From assembly GCF_006345805.1 (NCBI RefSeq), contig NC_043004.1:9362001-9426000 (forward strand): 64,000 nucleotides of DNA, read 5' to 3'. Origin of the DNA: Octopus sinensis (taxonomy: Eukaryota). The notes beneath the pieces were generated by a model. It ran no database searches. It saw only the letters and a list, made by a program, of their open reading frames with translations, and was not told the DNA's origin. Below, in pieces: positions 53,197 through 64,000 of the stretch (position 1 is its first letter; each line of letters opens with the position of its first letter). The position numbers were made by a program, and so were the translations under genes.

Positions 53197-53868
53197 AGAC
53201 TCACATACACAAATTTATGAAGAAGACGCAAATAGTGTTTAAAATTTAACCTGTAGACTCGCACACACACACACTCACACATACATACACTCACACACGC
53301 ACTCAGACACACACGCACACACTCATTCACAGACTCTTTCACTCTGACTCACTTAGACTCACTCACACACACACTCACGCACGCACTCACGTACACACTC
53401 ACACACACACACACTCACACTCACACTCTCACACACACACTCACACGCACACACAGATTCTCACACACACTCTCACAGACGCAGACTCACACCACAGACG
53501 CAGACTCATACCACAGACGCAAACTCTCACAGACACAGACTCACACCACAGACACATACTGACACACGCGCTGACACACACATACCCACAGACACACACA
53601 GACACAGATACACACACACATACGCACACACACAATATCTTTCCGACATCGGAGGCTGTATGTGGTGTCTTCACGCGTGAGAAATTGCAGCGAAATTTTC
53701 TCCGAATCACACATTATCTTAAAACGAGGAAGGACACATTTAACTATGCAGTTCTTGGTATGCAAAGCGACGGGATGCTCATGACTGGAACGCCTTTGAT
53801 CATAAATATGTTTCAATGAGAGTCGACATGGCTGGAAGCAACGCCATCTGTTATTTTCTATGTCGCAG

Positions 53869-54194
53869 CCAACACTTCAGCGTTAGGCCATAACCACCAC
53901 CAACCCCAGCACCGTCAGCACCATCACTGGAGCCCTTGTGGAGTCGTTCAACCGGTTAGCAATGGCAGTTGTGTCTCCTTCAAATTAAACCTTATTGTTT
54001 TATCAATAGATGCGATGGTCACGACAGGAGTGTGTTCGGTCACAGGATTTCCCGATCAAATTGGTCTTGGATCAAGACAGCAAAAGAAACGCCATTGCCA
54101 TTCGCTTAAAAATGGACACTCAACCATAACAGCGTCCAACGAAGAGCGTCAGGATCATCACCACCACCACCACTGCTCCTTTCGACAAACTTAA
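53869..54194 (+). CDS. Candidate host exon with His-rich low-complexity segments (unidentified)
   Basis: Acceptor ttattttctatgtcgcag| then an open frame NTSALGHNHHQPQHRQHHHWSPCGVVQPVSNGSCVSFKLNLIVLSIDAMVTTG...QDHHHHHHCSFRQT*. Sits in a CpG-containing unique island. Confidence 0.3.
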
Positions 54195-54588
54195 CACCAC
54201 CATCAGAACACACACACGCACACACCAGTTCAATCACCATCCGCATTGTCACCAGCGTTTTCAGCATCATCATCATCATCAACACCATCATTACGGGCCG
54301 CCACAGTCGTCACCACCACGACGGCCACCACCAGCATCCCAACCCACCACCACCACCACCACCGTACTGCTCACTGTAACCACGACTATCAGCATTGCCG
54401 TCGTTGTTTAAAGTTCGATTAACACAATTGCCTCGTCTTTCCCCAATTCTCTTCTCTTACATTCTATTCGAGTTTTCGTTCTCCTGTCGGGCAGCAGAAA
54501 AAGTGAGAAGATTTACTACTTGAGCTAACGATGAACCAAGCGAAATGATGATAGATGTGCCCACCTCTATTCAACTTCTACAATTCTC

Positions 54589-54589
<1 letters not shown>

Positions 54590-54633
<44 letters not shown>

Positions 54634-54893
54634 TTCTAAAATATTATTTTCACATGTTTTAACATACTACAACCAAATGCTATTCCCTCGATCTTCAGGG
54701 CCCACTTAATATCTCTTTCATTAAGTCGATAGCAGGAGATCCCAGTTCAATAGAAAACGGACTAGAGGGAGAGAGAGAGAGAGAGAGAGAGAGGAAGAGA
54801 GACATAGATAGATAGAGAGAGAGAGCGGAAGAGATAGACAGGTAGATATATAGAGAGAAGAGAGAGAGAGAGAGAGATAGCTAGCTAGCTAGC

Positions 54894-54976
<83 letters not shown>

Positions 54977-55400
54977 TGAGAGAGAGAAAGTGAGACAGTT
55001 TTGGTGGAGAAAATAATAATGACGCAATAATGAAGAGATAAAAAAGAAAGATAGAGAAGGATAAAGGAAAGAACAGAGATAGAGAGGGAAAGAGAAAGTA
55101 GGATAGAGAGGGAAAGAGAAAGAGGGAGAGTGAGGAAGATTAGAAGTATCGATGAATAAAAACAACGAAAGTGAAATGTTGCAGACAGAAAGAGATAAAC
55201 AGAAGAAGAAGAAGAAGAAGAAGAAGAGAGAGAGAGAGAGAGAAGAAAGATGGTGGGAGAGGGAACAGGGAGAGAAATGTTAGATTGTAGAAAGAGAGAG
55301 AAAAAGAAGGGAAGAAAGACGGGAGACGGAGAGAGTAAGGTGAGAAGAAACGAAAATAAAACAGAAACGTAAATAAGGGTGAGAGAGAGAGAAGGGGTGG
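54590..55400. repeat. (GA)n/(GATA)n purine-rich tract
   Basis: Direct inspection. Confidence 0.9.
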
Positions 55401-55609
55401 AAGAGGACGAGAAAGAGAGAAAGACTATGTATAGAAATAAATGTATACATATACAGCTATACACACATACACGCACACACACACACATACATAGGTGCAG
55501 GTGTGGCTGTGTGGTAACAAACTTCGTTCCAAAACACATGGTCCTGGGTTTAAATTTAAATTTAAAATAATAAGGGTGAGAAATTGAATATTAATTTGAT
55601 TAATATGAA

Positions 55610-56125
55610 TTGAAAACCAGTGGCGTAGCATATAAGACCATAGCGGATCTTCTAGCAAAATGGATGTCCACTGTTAATGGTTCATCCCTGTTACATAATA
55701 GTTTGACTTTAATAGTTTCAGTATTAAAATGAAAGTATCTGACATTACAATAGAGAGATGTTTTTGTTTCACTTTTAACACGTAATACTGAAATAGTAGA
55801 GAAGATATGATATTGCTGTGGGCTCGCCCTAGGCAAGATGTTAGAAATGTTTTTGCCCATGACACTACATGAACCCTAAGTAAGGCATGTGTAAAATTTG
55901 AATGAAGTTGGTTGTGTAGTTCTCAAGTTTTAGGGAATGGTAGTGGAGAAGATATGATATTGCTGTGGGCTCGCCCTAGGCAAAAAGTTAAACAATTTTT
56001 TGCCGATGACACTCTCCGGACCCTAAGTAAGGCATGTGTAAAATTTGAATGAAATTGGTTGTATAGTTCTCAAGTTTTAGGGAAACACACAGACAGACAG
56101 ACAGACAGACAGACACACATTTATA
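55610..56125 (-). mobile_element. Non-autonomous Helitron-type repeat, copy 1 (with internal ~135-bp duplication)
   Basis: gatatgatattgctgtgggctcgccctagg...aaatttgaatgaaattggttgt..agttctcaagttttagggaa occurs at ~55800 and ~55945, followed by (CAGA)n; shared with copy 2. Confidence 0.65.
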
Positions 56126-56143
56126 TATATATATATACACACA

Positions 56144-57045
56144 CTAGCATTATGACCCGTCATAGTGCTAATGCATGTATATATGTGTATATATATGTGT
56201 ACATATTACATGTATATCTATATATATATACATCTACACATAAAATACAAAATACAAAGTTATATCTTGATATCGCTAGTGATAACAATACTCAAAATAT
56301 ATAACAGACTGGAATTGTTAGCTCGTCTCTTGTAATTCCGATCAATTGTATCTTTTCCTCCCTCTTCTACAGAAGTGTGGCTACAATCCAGCTTACCTCT
56401 ACTTATGGGGGGGGGGGCATTTTAAATTTTTATCTGGGACGTCCTACGTCCCAGATATAAAGGTAAAAATAAAATATTTCCACTTTGCAAGTTCGAGTCG
56501 AGTACTCCCTTGCATGCTCCGTTGACTCGAACCTTGCTTCTATTGTGGTGAATTTACCGCTTCTGGTTAGATATATTTCATAGTCGCACTAAGACACTTT
56601 TCGTAGGTGCTTTCCTCCAGGTGTTCAAATCTTTTTTCTCTACATTGTATACTTTATAGACAATAGTCTTTTCTTTAATTTAATTTTTTATTATCCATCT
56701 GGACTATTCCATTTCTGCACACTAATTTTATTTTTAATTTATTCCCATAAATTCAATTGTTATTATTTTTATCGTTAAAGTGAAAGTATCTGACATAATA
56801 TAGAGAAACGTTTTGTTTCACTTTTAACACGTAATACTGAAATAGTGGAGAAGATATGATATTGCTATGGGCTCGCTCTAGGCAAGAAGTTGAACATTCT
56901 TTTGCCCATGAAACTACATGGACCCTAAGTAAGGCATGTGTAAAATTTGAATGGAATTGGTTGTGTAGTTCTCAAGTTTTAGGGAAACACACAGACAGAC
57001 AGACAGACAGACAGACACACATTCTCAGTTTAATATATACAAAGA
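56144..57045 (-). mobile_element. Non-autonomous Helitron-type repeat, copy 2
   Basis: On the minus strand: 5' A|TC at 57045, (TGTC)n near the 5' end, 3' hairpin tatgac-gg-gtcata then CTAG|T at 56147-56144. Confidence 0.7.
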
Positions 57046-57127
57046 TATAGTTTATAAACAATTCATCAGAAGCACACTCTAAAAATATAGAGCAGTAATT
57101 ATTTCGACAAAACTTTAAATAAAGTTA

Positions 57128-57360
57128 GCCAAGTTTTCGCACTCACAAAGCCAAAGCCTTGTAGACAGCTGGTCAGACTCTATATGAATATAAAAATTTC
57201 AAATACCAACGTGGCAGACATGAGGAAACGCTCAGAACTCAAGGAATACGTTAATGAGTACTGGTTATTTGCTCAGGTCTGTGACGTAGATATTTTTGTA
57301 TTCATATAGAGGTTGACCAGCTGTCCACAAGGCTTTGGCTTTCTGGGTCGAAACCTTGGG
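57128..57360. mobile_element. 233-bp MITE with ~65-bp imperfect TIRs, TA-flanked (Tc1/mariner-type)
   Basis: caaagccaaagccttgtagacagctggtcagactctatatgaatataaaaat pairs with atttttgtattcatatagaggttgaccagctgtccacaaggctttggcttt; TA on both sides. Confidence 0.75.
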
Positions 57361-57392
57361 TAAATCTATATAAAATTCTCTCTCTCTCTCTC

Positions 57393-57443
<51 letters not shown>

Positions 57444-57589
57444 GTATATATATATATTATCTAATGTAATAATATTCTTATTTTTCTCCGTCACAATATA
57501 TGTATGAAAAAGGAAGGGGTGATGGCAAAGTGGTAGTGCGAGCTTTTCAACTCTACCTGAGTATATGTATGTGTGTGTAAAGGATGGTA

Positions 57590-58600
57590 TGTGACTGTAT
57601 GTTAACCAGCGTTCTTTCAGTAACAAACGATGATCGATGTCACATCTCAAAGTATTTTGAACGACTTTGCTCAATAGTTAAACCGGGTCAAATTAAGAAT
57701 ACGACCAGATGTCCCAAATCTGATTCCGATTCTTCTGTTACAATCCCTGGAAGCATCCCAAAGCAATGCAGCAAAATAAGTAGAGAAAAGGGTAGGGGCA
57801 GGAACATCTCCCTGTTTGACACCTTTGTCTGCCGAAAATTCATGAGACAGCTCATCATTACCTGAACTTTCGTGTTTCTGTGTGGTTCCTTAAAAATGTG
57901 TTGGGCAACGAAGTTTACACAAAACAATCCACAGCGTGTCCCTTTTTACCGGGACACACTGCCTTAGTTAAATTTTTGAAGACCTGGTAGAGTGACGTTT
58001 GTTCCTCTATGGATTTTTCTTGAACCTGTCTCACAGGAAATATCATGTCCATTGTTTCTCGCTCAGGTCAGAAACTACACTGTTTTTCAGGAATCACATG
58101 TGAATACACATTCTCAACAAGACGATCCAACATGATCCTTGAAAGTATCTTCCCGGTATGTGCCACAAGAGTTATCTCTCTAGAATTACCACACACTGTT
58201 TTTGGGCCCTTACCCTTGTATACAGAGATTAGAATGTCCTTTATCCGTTCTTGTGGCATAGAAGATTCATTCCAAACTCGAGTTATCAGGTTATGAATTT
58301 CAGATGAAATCTAACCCCCACCTGCTTTCAGAAGTTCAACTGGAATACCATCCAATCCAGGAGCTTAACCTGATCTTAGTTTATATAATGCCGGATTTAC
58401 TTCTTCAATAGAAGGAGTATCGTTCATATGTTGTTCATATCTCTCATTGCGGAGTGTTGTTTATGGTATCCATGTTCACTGCAGACAGATTGTGGAAAAG
58501 ATCTGCCAAGTGTTCTCGCCATCAATTCCTTATTCCGGGAGGATCGTTAATAACCTCATTTCCATCTTTCGACCTTAAGGGAACACATGATGATGAAGAT
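57590..58600 (-). mobile_element. RTE-clade (BovB-like) LINE, RT region
   Basis: APGLDGIPVELLKAGG, YKGKGPKTVCGNSREITLVAHTGKILSRIMLDRL...PEKQCSF, GVKQGDVPAPTLFS...IRFGTSGRILNLTRF. Confidence 0.85.
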
Positions 58601-59065
58601 TGCGTCCCTCTGACCATCCGTTCCATGGCTTTGCTGATGTGTGAAGTCACAGAGATAGGACTATAGCTTTTGGCATCTGCTCTGCATCCCCCTTTATGGA
58701 TTGGGCATATTATTCCCTCCTTCAGCTTGCTTGGCAGTTTGCCATTTGCAAGAAAGCTCTGGAAGAGAATCTTGAGGGATTTTGCCAGGGCATGCTTACA
58801 CGCTTTGAGGAGGATTGCTGGGCACCATCAGGACCAACAGTTGAGTTTGTGTCCACTTCATCTATGGCTAGTAGTATATCTTCTTCGCTAATGTCAATGT
58901 ATTCCATTGTAACTGCCTCGCTGGTTATAGGTGAGGCGGCAAAGAAGTCCACTGGTTCGTTCACTTGTCTGTTTTCCAACGGGGTGGTAAAGACACTTTT
59001 GAACTGGTCATTCAGTACCTCACCGATCCTCGTTGGACTGTCTGTGAAAACCTCGGCTGTGTAGA
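58600..59065 (-). mobile_element. CR1/L2-type RT N-terminal fragment nested in the RTE element
   Basis: EYIDISEEDILLAIDEVDTNSTVGPDG...LFQSFLANGKLPSKLKEGIICPIHKGG...YSPISVTSHISKAMERMV. Confidence 0.8.
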
Positions 59066-59330
59066 TTTTAGAACATTTATAGATAGGTCTTACAGCTGTT
59101 TCCAGGATATTTATTATATCCCTTTATCGGAGACGGTGTGAGAAGATGGTTTAGTAATAGTTAATTTAGATAAGATACAAAATAGAGAGTGAGGTGGAGG
59201 AGAGAAAATAGATGTAAGATGTGTAAGAATATGGTATTTGTAGATCCATTTTTTCGGCAGAATGGTATATATATAAGATGCCAATACATTATGAGTAAAA
59301 TCCAATAGTATTTAAATTCTATATATTTGA
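59066..59330 (-). mobile_element. Repeat family A copy (hammerhead core mutated to CCGATAA)
   Basis: Homologous to 11735-12030. Confidence 0.75.
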
Positions 59331-59339
59331 GATATAACT

Positions 59340-59830
59340 ATATACATACAGAAGGTTTCAGATTGTATTCCTTGACAAGCTTTGATTTTGCAGCAAAAAC
59401 GACTCTTCTTTCCCTTTGCAGAAGAAGGAATAATTCGAACCTATCTCTTCAGGCTTTCCTTCCCCCAGATAGACGTATTTCACTGAGAGCAGCGATGTCG
59501 ATGTTAAATCACGTTAGTTCTTTCGAGACAAGAGCTGTTCTACGTTCTGGTTTCTCTGTGTCTTTAGGATCGAGAAGCGTCAGTACGTTCCATGTTCCAA
59601 TGATTAAATTAATTTATTTAATTCAATTTCTGTTGTTTTTCGACCGCTTGAATGGGTGTCCCGCTGAACGCGGCTTACCAGCCAGGATTCTGAGATGACA
59701 TTCGATATTTAGCCCACCTGTTCTAGGGCCTTCTCCATTCAGGGTGAGTAGCGGTGTTCCCAAATAGGACTCCTCGGTTACAGATGTAGGACCGTGTCCC
59801 TGGGTTGTCACCAGCTCTCAGAAAGGCGAC
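59340..59830 (-). mobile_element. RTE-clade LINE 5' region and APE endonuclease start
   Basis: IGTWNVLTLLD...ERRTALVSKEL..FNIDIAALSEIR...VFAAKS. Confidence 0.85.
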
Positions 59831-59839
59831 CGTCTTGCA

Positions 59840-61290
59840 TCTGTTGCCGACGTGCAGGTCCGGACCAGGAGCTTCTAGTTTCACCAAAACCTGGTCACAG
59901 TGGAGAAGACCACCCACCATCACCTTGACAGAGAAGAAAAGCACCGCAGAGCGCTGGAGTGCCTGGACCACACCCACTCAGGACCCTGAGAACAACAGTC
60001 GAATGAGAAGACTGACTGCTCATGCAATAGGAGCTAGCGTAAGAACCACCTTGAAGAGCCACATAGTAAAGTTTAACAAGAAACTGTACATCTAGGTTCA
60101 ATGTGTGGCTGGAGATGAGGCCAGACTCTTCATGACCTGGTGGGATAGAAAATTTAAACAATCCTTAGCGGAACAATCCACGACTGATTTGGATTAGTGT
60201 AGGTATGTAGATGACATTAATATTCTAGTTAGGACAAATTCTAGTAACTGTAATGTAGAAACCGAGAAGAACATAATGGAGAGCATCCAGCACGTAACTA
60301 ACTCCATCCACCAAAGTATCAAGGTAACTATAGATTAACTCACTAGACACCATAACAATATTCACCCTGTCCTTGATACTGAACTTTGGTTAGAGGTGTG
60401 AACAACAGAGTGCAACTCCTCCACTCTTATTACATGAAACCCATGGCTTCTAAAACTCAGCACACTGATAGCAGACTCGGGATAATTAACAACGTATCCC
60501 CACTACGCGAATCCTGTGAAACAAAGAAACGTGTACATAATTTCACGCACCGCATGCAATTCTCTGGATGTGACCAGAAAAATAGGATTCGAATATACAG
60601 GGGTGCTAGAAAGAAGTTAGATAGCATCACATGTTATGAAACTAGTGGCACCAACCCTAGATAGAGAAGTAAAGACTGGAATAGGATACAAAGAGTTTGT
60701 GAGAAAACAAACAGGATGAACACGTGGTACAAGACCAACAAATATCAAGGAGTGACGTTTGTAGAGGCCACATCCAATGGAAAACTAGCCCGAAGACTTA
60801 GGAAGTCTCTGACGGAGGCCACACTCAATCTTAAGATCGTTGAAAAGCCAGGGAGCTCAATAAGGTCACAACTATGTAGGACGTACCCCTTTGAGAATAC
60901 CGCATGCACCAATGATAACTGCACGGTATGTAAGATTAACCCTGGCGTTACCTGTAGAACTAGAAATGTAGTCAACAGCATAAGGTGTATAGAGGTTGCT
61001 TTTAAAGACAAGAACATGATATACATAGGTGAGACACCTAGAAGCATTGCGGAGAGGCTAAATGCCCATTTGAGACAATATGACGACAAAATAAAATCCT
61101 TCATACTCTATTAACATGCCAAAGAACAAAACAGAGGCACACTGGGTCAAGTTGACATCCGCATTTTATTTAAGCACCCGAAGGACCCAACGCACAGACA
61201 AATGCAAGAGTACGTCCTCTTAAATGAAACATTCCCAGTACTAAATAGGAAATATACGCAGAAGTTAGTAATACCCTAATACCCACAGTT
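59840..61290 (+). mobile_element. Degraded Penelope-like element (possibly Naiad/Neptune-like): RT + GIY-YIG
   Basis: HIVKFNKKLYI, ARLFMTWWDRKF, RYVDDINIL, NSIHQSIKV, YMKPMASK, FVEAT, CRTRNVV.SIRC, IYIGETPRSIAERLNAH. Confidence 0.85.
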
Positions 61291-61563
61291 TATATATATA
61301 TACAGGTAGAGTTGGTAATATGCTGTGATGCGGACGTATGTGTGTAGGTAACTGGATATGTAAGTAAACAGATAGATAAGTTGGGACATAGGTAATACGG
61401 ACAGACAAGCATATACACACACAGAGCCATACATACACACACAAATACACATACACATAAACACACACATACATACAAACGCACAAACATGAACACACAA
61501 ACATAAATATGCAGAATGTATTCAAAGTTATAAACACGCATACATATATATACACATACACAC

Positions 61564-61617
<54 letters not shown>

Positions 61618-61651
61618 ACACACACACATATATATATATAATATATATATA

Positions 61652-61697
<46 letters not shown>

Positions 61698-61702
<5 letters not shown>

Positions 61703-62784
61703 TGCTTGTTATCAGTCGTAAGACACTTGTTGTCTCACCGTTAATGCTTCTGTATTTCATGTTTCTGTATTCCATTATTGTTTTTTGTTTTTTCTATATC
61801 TGTCCCTTTTGCTGTCCTGGTGTTCGTATGCATTCGATCCTTCTTCCAGGAAATCTACGCTTCCAGCTTAGTTTTTCTTGGAGGGCTGGCCGTGATCTAG
61901 TAATCTCAAGATTAATCAGCCGAAATTACTACGATGATCCGGTTCTTGACTGAAGACTGAGGGGTTCGAATGTCCTGTCCATGTTTATTGTATCGTCTTC
62001 TATGAGTTATACGTTCTTGTCCATGTTGTATTTTTCTACATACCTTAACATATATTCCAGGCGCCCCGTACCCCCTTTATCATTAATGTGAACACATATT
62101 CTTAATAATTGGTACGACTCTCTGTTTGTCTCTCTCTCTCTATTCATCTTCTCTTTCCTCTGATCCTTTGGTCTAGTCTTCCACTACCCTCCTATTTCTT
62201 TGTCTCGCTCTACACTCACAGGTCATTCTTCGACACCCATCCCTTCTCCTCTCTGATTCCTTCTTTCTCTTCTCTCTCTTTGTTGCGTTTTGTCCCCCTT
62301 TTCTCTCTCTCTCTTCTCTGTCACGTGACTGTTGGCCGAAATCTGCCTTTCAGCTCCTGACACCTCGTCGTGTTAACATCGTTGTTCTTCGTCCGCCGCT
62401 ATAAAGGCTTTTTCCAATGCGCCAGAGAAAAATTGTTTGCTTGTTATCAGTCGTAAGACACTTGTTGTTCTCACCGTTAATGCTTCTGTATTTCATGTTT
62501 CTGTATTCCATTATTGTTTTTTGTTTTTTCTATATCTGTCCCTTTTGCTGTCCTGGTGTTCGTATGCATTCGATCCTTCTTCCAGGAAATCTACGCTTCC
62601 AGCTTAGTTTTTCTTGGAGGGCTGGCCGTGATCTAGTAATCTCAAGATTAATCAGCCGAAATTACTACGATGATCCGGTTCTTGACTGAAGACTGAGGGG
62701 TTCGAATGTCCTGTCCATGTTTATTGTATCGTCTTCTATGAGTTATACGTTCTTGTCCATGTTGTATTTTTCTACATACCTTAA
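61698..62784 (+). mobile_element. Partial-tandem repeat (family F): 351-bp near-identical direct repeats separated by 384 bp
   Basis: 61698-62048 and 62433-62784 are near-identical; TATAAA at 62400; inserted in (TA)n; related to 28340-29000. Confidence 0.85.
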
Positions 62785-63184
62785 TATATATATATATATA
62801 TACATGTATATACACACGCATACACACATATAGAGAGAGAGAGAGGGGAGCAGAAGCAGAAAAAGAACACTGAAAGGGGAGAAAGAGAGTGAGAGAGTGA
62901 GAGAGAGAGAGACAGTGAGAGAAAGAGAGAGAGCAGCAAGGTGATTGGGAGTGAGAGAGAGAGAGAGCAACAGACAAAAGCGGGATGAAAGAGACAGACA
63001 GACAGAGAGCGAGTGAGACGGAGAGAGTGTGTGTGTGTGTGTGTGTGTGGATGGATTGCAAGAAATGAAGTGTCGCATTGAAATATCTTTTTAAATACAA
63101 AACTATTCCCCCCAATAACTCGTAACATACACATCTCAACATGCACACACTCCATTACTTTCTCTATCTTTCTCACTGAGTCTA

Positions 63185-63248
63185 TCTATCTATCTATCTA
63201 TTTGTTTTTGCATCTGTCTATTCATCTACCTGTTTGTTCATTTCTATC

Positions 63249-63279
<31 letters not shown>

Positions 63280-63373
63280 CCATCTATCTATCTATCTATC
63301 CATCTATCTATCTATCTATCTATCCATCTATCTATCTATCCATCTATCTATCTATCCATCTATCTATCTATCC

Positions 63374-63419
<46 letters not shown>

Positions 63420-63420
63420 G
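63185..63420. repeat. (TCTA)n/(TCCA)n microsatellite
   Basis: Direct inspection. Confidence 0.9.
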
Positions 63421-63694
63421 TCTGTCTGTCTACCGATCGATCGAAAGATCGATCTCTCTATCTAACCCTCAACAAGTTTTTCCAAAACCACAAACTGCTC
63501 TTACATAAACATTCCTCTCCAACCACTTTCTTGCTTGATCCTTCTCTCTTTCATCTCTCTCACTCATTCACTCACACACACACACACACAAAACAACATA
63601 AAAATACGCTCACATGGAAACCACTATTCCTCCACTCTCTTCTCGTCCATCTCAATCTGTCTGTCTATCACTCGCTTTTTCTCTCTTTATATAT

Positions 63695-63730
<36 letters not shown>

Positions 63731-64000
63731 GGCGCAGGAGTGGCTGTGTGGTAAGTAGCTTGCTAACCAACCACATGGTTCCGGGTTCAGTCCCACTGCG
63801 TGGCATCTTGGGCACCAATGCCTTGTGAGTGGATTTGGTAGACGGAAACTGAAAGAAGCCTGTCGTATATATGTATATATATATAAGTGTATGTGTTTGT
63901 GTGTCTGTGTTTGTCTCCCTAGCATTGCTTGACAACCGATGCTGGTGTGTTTACGTCCCCGTCACTTAGCGGTTCGGCAAAAGAGACCGATAGAATAAGT
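63731..64000 (+). mobile_element. tRNA-derived SINE family 3 (CORE-type, internally deleted), truncated by the window end
   Basis: ggcgcaggagTGGCTGTGTGGtaag...GGTTCAGTCCcactgcgtggcatcttgggca...gccttgtgagtggatttggtagacggaaactgaaagaagcc. A related head lies at ~55495-55550. Confidence 0.85.

Noticed and set aside
54192-54422. Readthrough or A-to-I recoding of the TAA at 54192 into a further 75 in-frame codons
   Set aside because: All three plus frames are largely open in this CAC/CAT-rich stretch, so the continuation is uninformative, and UAA would need two edits to become sense.
59700-59870. HDV-like ribozyme expected in the RTE 5' UTR
   Set aside because: Could not trace a P1/P2/P3/P4 nested pseudoknot by eye.

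Overview
This is an AT-rich, microsatellite-dense animal genomic window. It is most likely from an octopus (inferred from the tRNA-derived SINE families and repeat landscape; not database-checked). There is one 100-N gap (32818-32917). No complete protein-coding gene is recognisable, and most listed ORFs are translations of (TA)n, (CA)n, (TATG)n and (CT)n tracts or antisense shadows of transposons. The recognisable content is decayed mobile DNA. Retroelements: Penelope-like elements (RT + GIY-YIG), R4/Dong-type RLE LINEs, Tx1/L1, CR1, RTE and three to four SINE families. DNA elements: mariner/maT transposons, non-autonomous Helitrons and MITEs. There is also a ~490-bp tandem array with an internal inversion. 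The most notable signal is RNA-level. At least five apparently unrelated short repeat families (probable Penelope pseudo-LTRs) each carry a minimal type-I hammerhead ribozyme fold with a vestigial, self-complementary helix III and non-canonical cores (recurrent U4C, one A6U). One family forms a tandem with hammerheads 350 nt apart, a retrozyme/circRNA-like layout. A few short unique islands may be host exons, but they cannot be assembled into a gene from sequence alone.
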